The notes below the pieces were generated by a model. That model saw only the letters and a program-made list of their open reading frames with translations, searched no databases and had not been told where the DNA came from. A stretch of DNA of 64,000 bases from an uncultured delta proteobacterium (GTDB lineage: Bacteria > Desulfobacterota > Binatia > UBA9968): assembly GCA_963745835.1 (NCBI GenBank), contig CAVUZH010000003.1, positions 64,001 to 128,000 on the forward strand, in the 5' to 3' direction. Shown one piece after another: positions 49,855-60,476 of this stretch. Position 1 is the stretch's first letter, and every line of letters begins with the position of its first letter. The position numbers were made by a program, and so were the translations under genes.

Positions 49855-50859
49855 ATGAAGCAGATTAAAATTGCTAGTGCGTTTGTCATCGCCGCGCTGT
49901 CGATCTCGCCACGGATTCTAACTGTTGCGCATGGCGCTGAACTCGAGAAGCTAAACGTTTGCTACTCATCGATAGCCGCGACATCGGTTTCGACCTGGAT
50001 ACCCAAAGAAGCCGGCATCTACCAGAAGTACGGTCTCGACGTAAACACGGTCTATGTCTCTGGCGCTCAGGCGATTTCTACGCTGATCTCCGGCGACACG
50101 CAGATCGTACAAGGTTCCGGTGCCGCCGCCGTCCTCTCCCGACTATCCGGCGCCGATGTGACGATCATCGGTACAACGATCAATGTTGTGCCGATGAGTC
50201 TCGTGACGACTCCCGATATTGGCGGAGTGCAGGACCTCAAGGGCAAGACATTCGGAGTAAGCCGCTTTGGCTCGCTCACCGACATTGGCCTGAGAAAAGC
50301 CGTGAGCGAGTTTGGTCTCGATCCCGCGACCGATATCAAGATGATTCAAACCGGCGGCGTGCCGGAGATTTTGCTCTACATGCAGCAGGGCGTTATCAAA
50401 GGAGGCTTGATCTCATCGCCGACTCTCGAGAGAGCCAAAGAGCTTGGCTACAAAGAATTATTGAACCTTGGCGAAATCAAATACCGCTATCCAGGCACCG
50501 CTCTAGTGACCACCGGATCGTTCATCAAAAATCGGCCGCAGACGTTGAACCGGTTCCTCAAAGCAACTCTTGAAGGAATCAAATACGCCAAAGCCAATCC
50601 TGATTTCACCGTTCGAGTGCTGGGCAAATACACGCGCAACACCGACACTAAACTTTTGAACAGCGCCTTCAAAAGTTACGTGCTCGGGTATATTCGAAAT
50701 GTGCCGACCATCACCCAACCAGAGATGGAATCGGTGTTGGAAGATATAGCGACGCGAAATCCAAAGGTCAAAACCGCCGATCCTAAGCAATTCTACGATC
50801 TCGCGCCGCTTGAGCAGTTGATTAAGGAAGGATTCGTTAAAGAACTCTATCCGGGATAG
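49855..50859 (+). CDS. ABC substrate-binding protein, NMT1/SsuA-like
   Basis: Signal peptide; WIPKEAGIYQKYGLD, LKGKTFGVSRFGS. Confidence 0.88.
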   Translation: MKQIKIASAFVIAALSISPRILTVAHGAELEKLNVCYSSIAATSVSTWIPKEAGIYQKYGLDVNTVYVSGAQAISTLISGDTQIVQGSGAAAVLSRLSGADVTIIGTTINVVPMSLVTTPDIGGVQDLKGKTFGVSRFGSLTDIGLRKAVSEFGLDPATDIKMIQTGGVPEILLYMQQGVIKGGLISSPTLERAKELGYKELLNLGEIKYRYPGTALVTTGSFIKNRPQTLNRFLKATLEGIKYAKANPDFTVRVLGKYTRNTDTKLLNSAFKSYVLGYIRNVPTITQPEMESVLEDIATRNPKVKTADPKQFYDLAPLEQLIKEGFVKELYPG

Positions 50860-50999
50860 AGGGCTAACGTTTTCCGCCGCCGTTCTATGACGCTGTGACA
50901 ATTAGCTCCGAGAACAGAAGTTCCAGACGCTAGCCTTCGCTGGATATAAATCCGACAGGCGGGTTCAGGTCTGCTTGATAGTAGGAAAACTCATCCCGC

Positions 51000-51854
51000 A
51001 TGCTGACTCACTTCCTCTACTGGATCGTAACGTCCCTGGTGTTCTGTTTATTTCCGGCAAATCTGGTCGCGGCTCAAAAGCAACGACCGATTGATGTTAT
51101 TGAGGACAATAGCTTTCTGATCGAGGAGGCGTACAATCAAGACCCGGGCGTGGTTCAACATATTTTCACTGCGCATTACATCAATGATTCACGGCGACGT
51201 GGCTGGGAATTTAGCTTCACTCAAGAATGGCCGGTATTCTCGCAGAACCATCAATTTTCTTACACGATCCCTTCATATCACCTGGTTGAAAATGGCGATC
51301 GGCAAAACGGACTAGGCGACGTGTTGCTCAACTATCGCTATCAGTTGTTGGAAGAGGACGAAGCGAAACCTGCTTTTGCCCCTAGATTCAGCCTGATTCT
51401 TCCATCCGGCAGTCGCAGGCGCGGCACCGGGGACGGAGTTGTCGGCTATGAATTGGGTTTACCTTTCAGCAAGAAGGTTACCGGGCAGCTCGCCTTGCAT
51501 GCCAACTTCGGATTGACCTACCTGCCGAATGCTCGTGCTCCTTTGGGCAGCGGCGGTCTTTCATCCGAACATTCGTTGGTATCCTACAACCTCGGTGCAA
51601 GTGCAATCTACGCGCTGTTACCCCGTATAGATTTTATGCTGGAATGGCTCGGCGATTTCGAAGAAAGCATCGATGACAATGGCAAACCTGAACGCTCGTT
51701 CATGCCCGTTCTGTCTCCGGGCTTGCGCGCGGCGATCGTGGACCGACCTATGCTGCAAATTGTTGCCGGTGCTGCAGCGCCGATCGGTCTCAATCGGAAA
51801 GCAGAAAACTACGGCGCTTTCCTCTATCTCTCGATTGAGCACGACCTGTTCTGA
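51000..51854 (+). CDS. Putative outer-membrane beta-barrel (MetA-pathway-of-phenol-degradation-like transporter)
   Basis: Signal peptide; GLGDVLLNYRYQ, LPSG, alternating beta-strand pattern, C-terminal Phe. Confidence 0.7.
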   Translation: MLTHFLYWIVTSLVFCLFPANLVAAQKQRPIDVIEDNSFLIEEAYNQDPGVVQHIFTAHYINDSRRRGWEFSFTQEWPVFSQNHQFSYTIPSYHLVENGDRQNGLGDVLLNYRYQLLEEDEAKPAFAPRFSLILPSGSRRRGTGDGVVGYELGLPFSKKVTGQLALHANFGLTYLPNARAPLGSGGLSSEHSLVSYNLGASAIYALLPRIDFMLEWLGDFEESIDDNGKPERSFMPVLSPGLRAAIVDRPMLQIVAGAAAPIGLNRKAENYGAFLYLSIEHDLF

Positions 51855-52023
51855 GCTACTGGTCTCTTAGACGGGCATGGACACTCGCACCGAGTTGACT
51901 GCGGTATAACTCAAAGCATTCGGGCCTGCGTTCCGGCGGCTTAAGTCGGAGCGGTCAAAGCCGATCTCCCCAACGAGTACCCGGAACGAATGTCCGGGCA
52001 CTCAGCCGAGCGGCAAGCCAGAG

Positions 52024-52251
52024 TTATGAATGCGAATGCCCGACCATCAATCGATCGGCGGGCGGGGAGTGGCGAGAATGAGAACGGTCACTGTAGGTGA
52101 TTCGTTCGGCACGCAAACCGAGCTGTTTAGCCTGCTCCTGGCAAGACCGGCAAACGACCATGTTTAGAAATACAAGACCGTTTTCCTCGCTGATCACCCG
52201 GTATTTCTCGCCTGTGGCCACTTCGTCGCAATGTTGGCAAATGAATTCCAT
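52024..52251 (-). CDS. Small Cys4 zinc-binding hypothetical protein
   Basis: MEFICQHCDE...NMVVCRSCQEQAKQLGL; two CxxC motifs. Confidence 0.6.
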   Translation of the reverse strand: MEFICQHCDEVATGEKYRVISEENGLVFLNMVVCRSCQEQAKQLGLRAERITYSDRSHSRHSPPADRLMVGHSHS

Positions 52252-52428
52252 GGTTGCCGTAAGCAGCAAGTGCCATACCCAAAAACATCAATCCGTCGAA
52301 TTATCGCAAATGACACAAAACAACCAAAGACTCCAAGTCGTGTCCCATCGGTAAGAATGCGGACCCTTAATGCTGTTGCGTTAGAGAGACGTTCAGATGT
52401 CCCGGTGAGCACGCGGCCATTCGACATC

Positions 52429-52836
52429 CTACTGCCGGGTTCCGAAAGTATTTTGATCGACCATCCATTGCTTTTTCGCTGAGTGGTCAACTCGTTGATT
52501 CTCAACTTTTTGATCTTTGGCAGTGACGCGAAGAATTTCCAGCGGTTCGCTGGACGAGCTTTCAAACCAATACTTAAACCCCCGAGGAATCAAAATACCT
52601 TCGCCTTTGTTAAACTCGCCGATAACTTCATCGCCCTCGCCATAAAATTTTACGGCGCCGCTCATTACATACCAGAACGCATCGTCGCCGGTATGCGAGT
52701 GTAAGTTGTTCTCGCCGCCATCCTTTACCACCTGCACTTGGACCTTCATTAGATCGCTGTTGCAGACCTGCACGGTTTTTTTGACTCCGTCGAATTGCGG
52801 CATCTGGTATTTAAAGACTTTAGCTTCCTGCGCCAT
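52429..52836 (-). CDS. Cupin domain protein
   Basis: GGENNLHSHTGDDAFWYVMSG...LIPRGFKYWF; GAGG RBS. Confidence 0.85.
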   Translation of the reverse strand: MAQEAKVFKYQMPQFDGVKKTVQVCNSDLMKVQVQVVKDGGENNLHSHTGDDAFWYVMSGAVKFYGEGDEVIGEFNKGEGILIPRGFKYWFESSSSEPLEILRVTAKDQKVENQRVDHSAKKQWMVDQNTFGTRQ

Positions 52837-53178
52837 GGATCACCTCGCCTGTTTATTTTTCACCGTGGGAGACCACGGCGAACTGTTTTCGAGCTTATTC
52901 CCAGGACAGATGTTTCGTCAAGAGCTAGTCTGCTTGCGACCTTGGGTGCTCCGGAAAATATCTCGCGTGGTTGACGACTGTGTTGGCCGCGTATACTTTT
53001 CGTCAATTAAACCTTGCTTCGCGCGAAAGATGTCGCCAACTCCAGCGCTGAAGCAAGGGTCGTCAGGTATTGTTCGGGGATCGCATAGCGGCATGATGCA
53101 ACAACGACCACGGCTTCAGATCTAGCTGGGAACTAAATTGAGCCATTTCTAGTGACGGCTCGGGAAAGGTGCAGAGAA

Positions 53179-54528
53179 ATGAGCGAGCTCATAATTACTA
53201 ACGCTTTGATTGTGCCGATGACGCAAGAGAAGAGATCATTTCATGGTTATGCGCAGGTGAAAGATGGCATCATAAACGGCGTCGGCGCGGGAGCGCCCGC
53301 CGCGGTAGGTTCCGGTGAACTCATCGATGCCGCCGGCTGCGTTCTACTTCCGGGCCTCATCAATGCACATACGCATCTCTATCAAGTGCTGCTGCGGGCG
53401 GTCTGGGAAGACCTGCCGTTGATGCCGTGGCTGAAACGCATTTATGGCGCTGCCCAGGTGCTACGACCGGACCATTTCTATACCGGCTCGCTGCTGGGTT
53501 GCGTCGAAGCGATTCGCAGTGGCGTGACAACGGTCTGCGAACATAATTTCCTTAATCCCGATCCGGAGTGCGCGTTTGAATCAGTGCGGGCCATTCAAGA
53601 CTCGGGGTTGCGGTCGGTGTTTGCCCGGACGATCATGGACACTGGAGAAATCGTGCCGGACTGCACGCGCGAGACGCCGGAAACTGCATTCGCTCGAATC
53701 GAATCGGTTCTTTCGCGCCATAAATACCACGATAAACTCAGCTTCATGACCGGGCCGAACACGCCGCCGATCAACACGACGCCGGCGTTGCTCAAAGAGA
53801 TTCGCGGATTCGCAGACGCTGCGGGTATCGGTATCAGCGCCCATGTCGCCGAGTCGAGGTCGGTGTTGGAATGCGTGCAAAACGAACACGGCGCGGGGGG
53901 CGTCGTCGAGTTTCTGCATCGGTTCGGCATCCCTGGAAATAACACTATCTTCGCTCACTCCGTTCACATTTCCAAAGAAGAAATCGCCATACTCAAGCAA
54001 ACCGGCACTTCGGTGTCGCACAATCCAGTGAGTAATATGATGCTTGGAGACGGTGTCGCTCCCGTTGTGGAGATGCTGCGCCAGGGTGTCAACGTCGCCC
54101 TGGGTACCGACGGGGCGGCGAGTAATCATTCCCAAGATCTTTTTGATACCATGAAGGCGGCATCGCTGCTGCAAAAAGTTCATCATCAGGATGCCGGCAT
54201 CATCGAGCCGTACGCGGTTTTGCGAATGGCGACTGCCGGCGGAGCGGCCGCTCTCGGCTTGTCATCGGTCTGCGGCACGGTCGAGGTCGGCAAACGCGCC
54301 GATTTGATTCTGGTCGATTTAGACACCGCGCATGTCCAGCCAATCAATGACGTCTTCAGCCAGATCGTCCACTGCGCCAAGGCAAGCGATGTACGAACGG
54401 TGATTGTCGACGGCGAGATACTTATGCGCAATCGCCAACTCAGCCGTCACGATGAGGGAAAATTGTTGTCGACTGCCAAGCAAGCCAACCGTGATTTGAT
54501 GAACCGCGTGAACAATCTGTCGTTCTAG
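53179..54528 (+). CDS. Amidohydrolase (MTA/SAH deaminase / AtzA-like)
   Basis: PGLINAHTH, HVAE, AHSVH, HNPVSN, LGTDG, GKRADL. Confidence 0.92.
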   Translation: MSELIITNALIVPMTQEKRSFHGYAQVKDGIINGVGAGAPAAVGSGELIDAAGCVLLPGLINAHTHLYQVLLRAVWEDLPLMPWLKRIYGAAQVLRPDHFYTGSLLGCVEAIRSGVTTVCEHNFLNPDPECAFESVRAIQDSGLRSVFARTIMDTGEIVPDCTRETPETAFARIESVLSRHKYHDKLSFMTGPNTPPINTTPALLKEIRGFADAAGIGISAHVAESRSVLECVQNEHGAGGVVEFLHRFGIPGNNTIFAHSVHISKEEIAILKQTGTSVSHNPVSNMMLGDGVAPVVEMLRQGVNVALGTDGAASNHSQDLFDTMKAASLLQKVHHQDAGIIEPYAVLRMATAGGAAALGLSSVCGTVEVGKRADLILVDLDTAHVQPINDVFSQIVHCAKASDVRTVIVDGEILMRNRQLSRHDEGKLLSTAKQANRDLMNRVNNLSF

Positions 54529-54764
54529 TTATTATCCTAATTGTCTTCGACGATGCTACGCAAATCGAGGCTGGCGGTCTCAACCCGGGCTGGTGGAAAA
54601 TGCTTGCTCTCCGGCACGATGGGCGCGCTTTTGCGAGTTCATGATGATCTGTGCACTATACGTTATCCGCGCATATCCGACGCGAACACGTCGTTTGATA
54701 AGAAGAACGCGAGCCCGTTGCCTGTAACCTATAACTTAGGAGTTTCAGCCGCGTACTCTAGACC

Positions 54765-55631
54765 ATGATTTACTTGCTCCTCGCAATTGTCGGGTCCGGT
54801 TTGATCCCGGTCCTGTTCCGCGGCTTTGCCGATTGGCGCGTGAACGTGTTCTGGGCGATTCCGGTCAACTATCTGACCTGCGTCATCGCCGGCAGCATCT
54901 GGGGCGGGCATCCGCTAGCCCTGACCATGTTGCCAAGCCAGCGATGGCTTTGGCTGGCGATGCTTCAAGGTGGCATACTGGCAATCAATTTTTTCTTGCT
55001 GGCTTACACCGCGCAGCGAGTCGGTGTTTCGGTTGCTGCCTTGGCGAGCCGTTTGTCTGTGGCGATCCCTTCGGTTTTGGCATTCCTCTTCTATGGCGAT
55101 TCATTCAATGCGGTGAAACTCACTGGTTTGGCGGCGGCACTGTTGTCACTCTATTTATGCACCGCATCGACACAGAGGGATGCGACAATTCGTCCACTCC
55201 GTTTAAAGCTTCTTCCGCTGTTAGTATTTCTGACCTTCGGCTGTTACTTCATTGTGATCAAGTACGCTCAAGTCCACTATCTGAGTGAGACCTCTTTTCA
55301 TGATTATGTGATGGCCGGATTTCTTTTTGGTTTTTTGACCGCCCTAGCGATTTGTTCAGCGCGACGCTTGCTCGTGCTCAAACAATTCCGCCTGGTTGAT
55401 GTCCTCTCTGGACTGATCCTCGGGGTGGTAAACTATGTGGCAGTTTACGCTTTGGTTAAGGCGCTTGCGCTTGAAGGTTGGCAGAGCTCTCAGCTATATC
55501 CCATGTACAGCGTCGGAGTTGTGGCTGTGAGCACGGGACTAGCCATGCTGCTTTTCAATGAAAGATTATCAAACACCAGAAAAGTCGGATTGGTTGTGGG
55601 TCTGGTGGCGGTGGCGCTGCTCAATCGTTGA
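54765..55631 (+). CDS. DMT/EamA-like membrane transporter
   Basis: 288 aa, about 10 TM helices, LFNERLS. Confidence 0.8.
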   Translation: MIYLLLAIVGSGLIPVLFRGFADWRVNVFWAIPVNYLTCVIAGSIWGGHPLALTMLPSQRWLWLAMLQGGILAINFFLLAYTAQRVGVSVAALASRLSVAIPSVLAFLFYGDSFNAVKLTGLAAALLSLYLCTASTQRDATIRPLRLKLLPLLVFLTFGCYFIVIKYAQVHYLSETSFHDYVMAGFLFGFLTALAICSARRLLVLKQFRLVDVLSGLILGVVNYVAVYALVKALALEGWQSSQLYPMYSVGVVAVSTGLAMLLFNERLSNTRKVGLVVGLVAVALLNR

Positions 55632-55733
55632 GCTGCAGCGCTGCACGCGGCTCCCATAATTCAAAACCGTGGAACCGGTGACGATTAGCTCGGCTTTTGC
55701 TAATTAGCCGAATTACATATCTAAGGAAATGTT

Positions 55734-56723
55734 ATGCGCAAGCCGCTTTCTCTCATCACGGTGTTCTTGATTTGCATGGCGTGGTTCTCTCAGGCTTGGG
55801 CGCAAGGAAAGAAGCTCGAGAAAATTCGAGTCGGCGGCGGCTCAGTCGGAGCGCCGCAGATGACCATGTGGTACGCAAAAGAAGCAAACTTGTACGAGAA
55901 GCATGGACTTGCCGTCGAAGCGATCCACATCCCGGGAAGCTCGATGGCTTTGCAGGCGATGCTTTCCGGAGAAGTGCCGATCATTCAGCTGGGCGGCGCG
56001 GCTTCAATGCAGGCAAACCTGGCGGGCGCCGATACCGTGATCGTCGCGACGGTTCTCAAAAAGTTTCTGTTCTCCATTTTTAGCCGGCCGGACATTACCA
56101 GAATTGCCGATCTCAAAGGCAAGTTATTCGGTGCTACGCGCTTTGGCACGTTGTCCGATTTCGCGTCGCGGTTTGCTTTGGAGAGAAATGGTCTCAATCC
56201 GGAGCGGGATATCACCATGGTTCAAACCGGTGGCCAACCGGAAACTGTCATGGCGCTCATTACCGGAAAGGTTCAAGCGGCGGCGCTTTCCGTGCCGGCA
56301 ACGATGCGTGCCAAGCAAGCGAATATGCGGGAGCTCTTGGACATGGCTAAGCTGGAGGCGACCATCCATCAGAACGGAGTCGTGACCACCCGCCGATACC
56401 TAAAGAGCAACGAAGATACAGTGCGGCGCTTTCTCCGGGCCTACACCGAAGGCGCGGTGCTTGCCAAGAGAGACAAGGCTTTTGCCGCGCGGGTTATGGC
56501 CAAATACCTCGGCACCCAAGACCGGGAGATGCTCGATGATGCCTACGAGCGCGTGACACGTCATCTTGAAATCCCGCCTTACCCGAGTGTGGAAGGAGTT
56601 TCCGTTCTGCTAAAAACATTGGAAAAGACCCAACCCAAAGCCCAGACGGTGAACCCCGAAGATTTTATCGATGCCCGATTGCTGCGTGAGATCGCTAATA
56701 GCGGATTCATCGATCGGCTGTAG
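55734..56723 (+). CDS. ABC substrate-binding protein, NMT1/SsuA-like
   Basis: Signal peptide; WYAKEANLYEKHGL, LKGKLFGATRFGT. Confidence 0.88.
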   Translation: MRKPLSLITVFLICMAWFSQAWAQGKKLEKIRVGGGSVGAPQMTMWYAKEANLYEKHGLAVEAIHIPGSSMALQAMLSGEVPIIQLGGAASMQANLAGADTVIVATVLKKFLFSIFSRPDITRIADLKGKLFGATRFGTLSDFASRFALERNGLNPERDITMVQTGGQPETVMALITGKVQAAALSVPATMRAKQANMRELLDMAKLEATIHQNGVVTTRRYLKSNEDTVRRFLRAYTEGAVLAKRDKAFAARVMAKYLGTQDREMLDDAYERVTRHLEIPPYPSVEGVSVLLKTLEKTQPKAQTVNPEDFIDARLLREIANSGFIDRL

Positions 56724-56792
56724 CGTCTAACCGTGTTCCCCAGGTTGACATGACTGCATTTGCGACTAGTGTTAAATTAGGATGAGTCTTAC

Positions 56793-58082
56793 GTGAAAAG
56801 AGTACTAGCCATCATCTTGGGCGGAGGCGCCGGAACCCGGCTGTATCCTTTAACTAAACTTCGCGCCAAGCCCGCCGTTCCTATTGCCGGCAAGTATCGC
56901 TTGATCGACATTCCCATCAGCAACTGCATCAACTCGGAGATCCAGCGGATCTATGTCTTAACCCAGTTCAATTCGGCCTCGCTCAACCGGCATATTACGC
57001 GAACCTATGGCATGGCCGGGTTCCAGCAGGGCTTTGTCGAAGTTTTGGCCGCCCAGCAGACGCTGGAAAACCCAAACTGGTTTGAAGGAACTGCCGACGC
57101 GGTGCGGAAATATTGCTGGTTGTTTGCCGAATGGGATGTCGATCAATACCTGATTCTCTCAGGCGATCATCTCTATCGGATGAACTATGCGGATTTCATT
57201 GGCCGCCATCGCGAAACTCGAGCCGACGTGACGCTCGCCGTGATACCTGTCGAGGAACGTGGGGCGTCGGACTTTGGTTTGATGAAGATCGACAGGAAAG
57301 GGCGTGTGCAGTCCTTCAGCGAAAAGCCCAAAGGGGACGCGCTCAAGTCCATGCAGGTCGACACCAGCGTTCTGGGCCTTCCGGCAGATAAAGCCAGTGG
57401 GCTCCCCTATATTGCTTCCATGGGGATTTATGTATTTGAAAGGCAAGTTCTGTTCGATCTGTTGAAAGAATCCCCTGATCGGACGGATTTCGGCAAGGAA
57501 ATCCTTCCGGCTGCTTTGAAAAATTACAACGTGCAGGCCTATCTCTTTAAAGATTATTGGGAAGATATTGGAACCATCGAAGCTTTTTACAATGCAAATC
57601 TAGCGCTTACGCAGCAGCCGAGTCCGCCGTTCAGCTTTTACGATGAAAGGGCGCCGATCTATACCCGCTCGCGCTATCTGCCGCCGACCAAGTTGCTCGA
57701 CTGCAACGTTGTTGAATCGATGGTCGGCGAGGGCTGTATTCTTCGGGAATGTACGGTAAAGCGCTCGGTAATAGGAATTCGATCGCGCATCGAAACCGGC
57801 TGCCTGATCGATAATGTTTTATTCATGGGATCGGACTTCTACGAATCCCCGCAAGAACGGTTACAGACGGTGGAGAGTGGAAAGGTTCCGTTGGGGATTG
57901 GAGCAAACACGATCATTCAACGAGCCATCATCGATAAGAATGCGCGCATCGGCCGTAACGTCCGGATGGTCAACCAAGATCGCGTGCAGGAAGGTAACCG
58001 TGAGGATCTTGGCTTTGTTATTCGCAACGGCATTATCGTCGTTATCAAGAACGCAACGATTCCTGATGGCACGGTCATCTAG
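56793..58082 (+). CDS. glgC: Glucose-1-phosphate adenylyltransferase (ADP-glucose pyrophosphorylase), cyanobacterial/plant type
   Basis: [53 protein letters not shown]; 429 aa. Confidence 0.96.
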   Translation: MKRVLAIILGGGAGTRLYPLTKLRAKPAVPIAGKYRLIDIPISNCINSEIQRIYVLTQFNSASLNRHITRTYGMAGFQQGFVEVLAAQQTLENPNWFEGTADAVRKYCWLFAEWDVDQYLILSGDHLYRMNYADFIGRHRETRADVTLAVIPVEERGASDFGLMKIDRKGRVQSFSEKPKGDALKSMQVDTSVLGLPADKASGLPYIASMGIYVFERQVLFDLLKESPDRTDFGKEILPAALKNYNVQAYLFKDYWEDIGTIEAFYNANLALTQQPSPPFSFYDERAPIYTRSRYLPPTKLLDCNVVESMVGEGCILRECTVKRSVIGIRSRIETGCLIDNVLFMGSDFYESPQERLQTVESGKVPLGIGANTIIQRAIIDKNARIGRNVRMVNQDRVQEGNREDLGFVIRNGIIVVIKNATIPDGTVI

Positions 58083-58470
58083 CGGGCGTAGATCAGAAAT
58101 CTTTCGCTACACCAGAAGCCATATTTCTCTTTCCTATTCGGTGGTGTTTAAGATTCCGCCGAAATCGCGGGCCGACTTGTCGCTGACGCTGACCCGCCTA
58201 TGATATTGGGCACGTAAACGGCTAGTGACCTACCCGATCGCTCACCATTCAACATAACGTTCCTATCGCATCGCGAAACCGAAGTTGCCGCGTCGGCTTC
58301 GCATAGGACGCATTTAAGTCAACAGCAGAATTGCGCGAGTAATTTTCCCGTAGAACCGGCCCGCCGACCACCCTAACCGAGAAGCGCTACCGCGGCCGAT
58401 AGCTACAATGAGTCGCGATAATATGATATCGGGATCGATGATCAGCTGATCTTTCGGAGATTCGTTTTCA

Positions 58471-59685
58471 ATGAAAAACCCCCGCATCATCATCGCCGGC
58501 GGTGGCCCCGTCGGCGTTGTTTCAGCGCTGGCCTGCGCGCAATATGGCTATGCGGTAACGCTCTTCGAAGCCGAGGATAGGATTGACGATAACCCGCGAG
58601 CGGCAACCACTCACCCCTCGACTCTCGAATTGATTGCCCGAGTCGGTCTGATCGATCAGTTTATCGGGGAAGGTTTGGTGGCGCGGTTCTTTCAATTTTG
58701 GGATAAGCCGTCGCGCACTAAAATCGTCGAATTCGATCATGACATTCTGCGTGAGGAGACGCCCTATCCGTTTGTCGTTCAGACAGAGCAACACAAGCTT
58801 GCCCGGATGGGCATCGAACGGCTCACGACCTTTCCCAATGCCACAGTGCGCTTTTCCAGCCGCGCCACCATTGTGAATCAAGACGCCGAGGGCGCGACGG
58901 TAACCGTCGAGGGACCACACGGCACGGAAACCTTGCGCGGTGAATATGTCATCGGCGCGGACGGTGGCCGCAGTACAATCCGTAAGGCTCTGGAGATTGA
59001 ATTCGAAGGGTTTACCTGGCCCGAGCGCTTTCTCGTGCTGACTACGATCGAGGACTTTCAAAAAATTCTGACAGGTTGTTGCTATCGTAATTATCTGGCT
59101 GATCCGGACGAGTGGACCAATTTGTTCAAGGTGGCGGGCGACGACGGCAAAGGGCGTTGGCGCGCGGTTTTTCCGACACGGGTGGAAGAGAGCGATGAAC
59201 AGGCGCTGGGAGATGCCTCGACCTATTCGCGCCTGCAACGGGTATTCCCCATTGACCGACCGTACAATGTGGTCCATCGCAATTTATACAAAGTTCACCA
59301 ACGTGTTGCCGCCACTTTTCGCAAGGGGCGCGTGTTTCTTGCCGGCGATTCCGCCCACGTCAACAATTCCGTCGGCGGCTTGGGCCTTAACGGCGGCATT
59401 CACGACGCTATGGAGCTGGTGGACACTCTGCATCAAGTGATCACCAGGCAGTCCAGTGAGGCGTTGCTCGATCGTTATACGCGGAGAAGGCGGACGATGA
59501 ATATCGAATTTGTCCAAGAGCAAACGATCATCAACAAAAAGCGACTGGAGGAGCGCGACCCCAAGGCGCGGCAGGCGCGCTTCGACGAGCTGCGCGCGAT
59601 TGCCGAAGATCCTCAGAAGCACAAGGAATTTTTGCTACGGACTTCACTGATCTCCAGCGTGCGCAAAGCCCAGAGCATCGAGTAA
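58471..59685 (+). CDS. FAD-dependent monooxygenase (PheA/TfdB/MhpA-like)
   Basis: GGGPVG, GADGGRS, RVFLAGDSAH...GGLGLNGGIHDA. Confidence 0.92.
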   Translation: MKNPRIIIAGGGPVGVVSALACAQYGYAVTLFEAEDRIDDNPRAATTHPSTLELIARVGLIDQFIGEGLVARFFQFWDKPSRTKIVEFDHDILREETPYPFVVQTEQHKLARMGIERLTTFPNATVRFSSRATIVNQDAEGATVTVEGPHGTETLRGEYVIGADGGRSTIRKALEIEFEGFTWPERFLVLTTIEDFQKILTGCCYRNYLADPDEWTNLFKVAGDDGKGRWRAVFPTRVEESDEQALGDASTYSRLQRVFPIDRPYNVVHRNLYKVHQRVAATFRKGRVFLAGDSAHVNNSVGGLGLNGGIHDAMELVDTLHQVITRQSSEALLDRYTRRRRTMNIEFVQEQTIINKKRLEERDPKARQARFDELRAIAEDPQKHKEFLLRTSLISSVRKAQSIE

Positions 59686-59991
59686 GAAAACAATCTCGAG
59701 CTCGACCGAGTGCGCGCGCTCTTCAGTGGCACCCTTGGAAGTTCTTCGCCCGTTTCAGATTTGTAAATTGCATTCTGACGTTACCGACACGCGTTTTTTT
59801 CATCTCCGATAACGTGCGCAGGCCCAAATTCGTTTCCATACTGCGGTTGCAACGGGTTCCAGCAAGCTTAAAATGAATTTGCGCTGACCAGCACAGGACG
59901 CATCATGGTACGTGATCGTAACGAGCTTTTACTTGATCCAGACCACTCATTGATCCGGATTTCACGTTGAGCAAATAAGGAAACAACGCTC

Positions 59992-60411
59992 ATGTCCGAG
60001 ACAATTACAGTCTCCGGCGAACCGCCACCGGCGCTCGTCAATGTTACAAATCTTGTGTATGCCTTGCATGCGCTAAGCCTGGTAATCGGTATAACGACGG
60101 CAGCAACGATTGTTGGCGCCTTCGTCTTTGGGGTGCCATCGATCATTGCAGTGGTGATCAATTACCTTAAACGGGAAGAAGCCAGAGGAACCTTCCTCGA
60201 GTCCCACTTTCGTTGGCAGATCCGAACGTTTTGGTTTTCGCTCCTCTGGTGCATCATCGCCGTGATGCTGTTCATTACCATACTGGGCATTCCCCTTGCC
60301 CTAATCGTCTTATTCTCGGCTGGGATATGGGCCATCTACCGGATCGCTCGCGGCTGGCTGGCGCTGCGCGATCGAAAGCCGATGTATACCAGCGGTGGAC
60401 TGCGCATCTGA
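59992..60411 (+). CDS. DUF4870-like small membrane protein
   Basis: VYALHAL...INYLKR...SHFRWQIRTFW...YRIARGW pattern. Confidence 0.8.
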   Translation: MSETITVSGEPPPALVNVTNLVYALHALSLVIGITTAATIVGAFVFGVPSIIAVVINYLKREEARGTFLESHFRWQIRTFWFSLLWCIIAVMLFITILGIPLALIVLFSAGIWAIYRIARGWLALRDRKPMYTSGGLRI

Positions 60412-60476
60412 CACGCACAAGAGCAGGCGAATTGATCCCCGATTTACCGTGTTCTCGCTCGGCTTCAGGTGAGTTT

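Noticed and set aside
51929-52003. Two GC-rich hairpins between convergent genes
   Set aside because: Position suggests ordinary 3'-end or termination structures; no distinctive motif.
52255-52275. TGGCAC upstream of the small Cys4 gene as a sigma-54 site
   Set aside because: Spacing is GG-N8-GC rather than N10, and it lies too close to the start codon.
58207-58225. GGCACG-TAAA-CGGC sigma-54-like motif upstream of the FAD monooxygenase
   Set aside because: Spacing is right but the conserved TT before GC is missing; likely chance in GC-rich DNA.
58522-59277. Long antisense ORF (251 aa), and similar shadow ORFs such as 53581..54186, 4352..4972 and 61708..62271
   Set aside because: They lie opposite well-supported genes, lack motifs, and are expected by-products of codon bias at this GC content.
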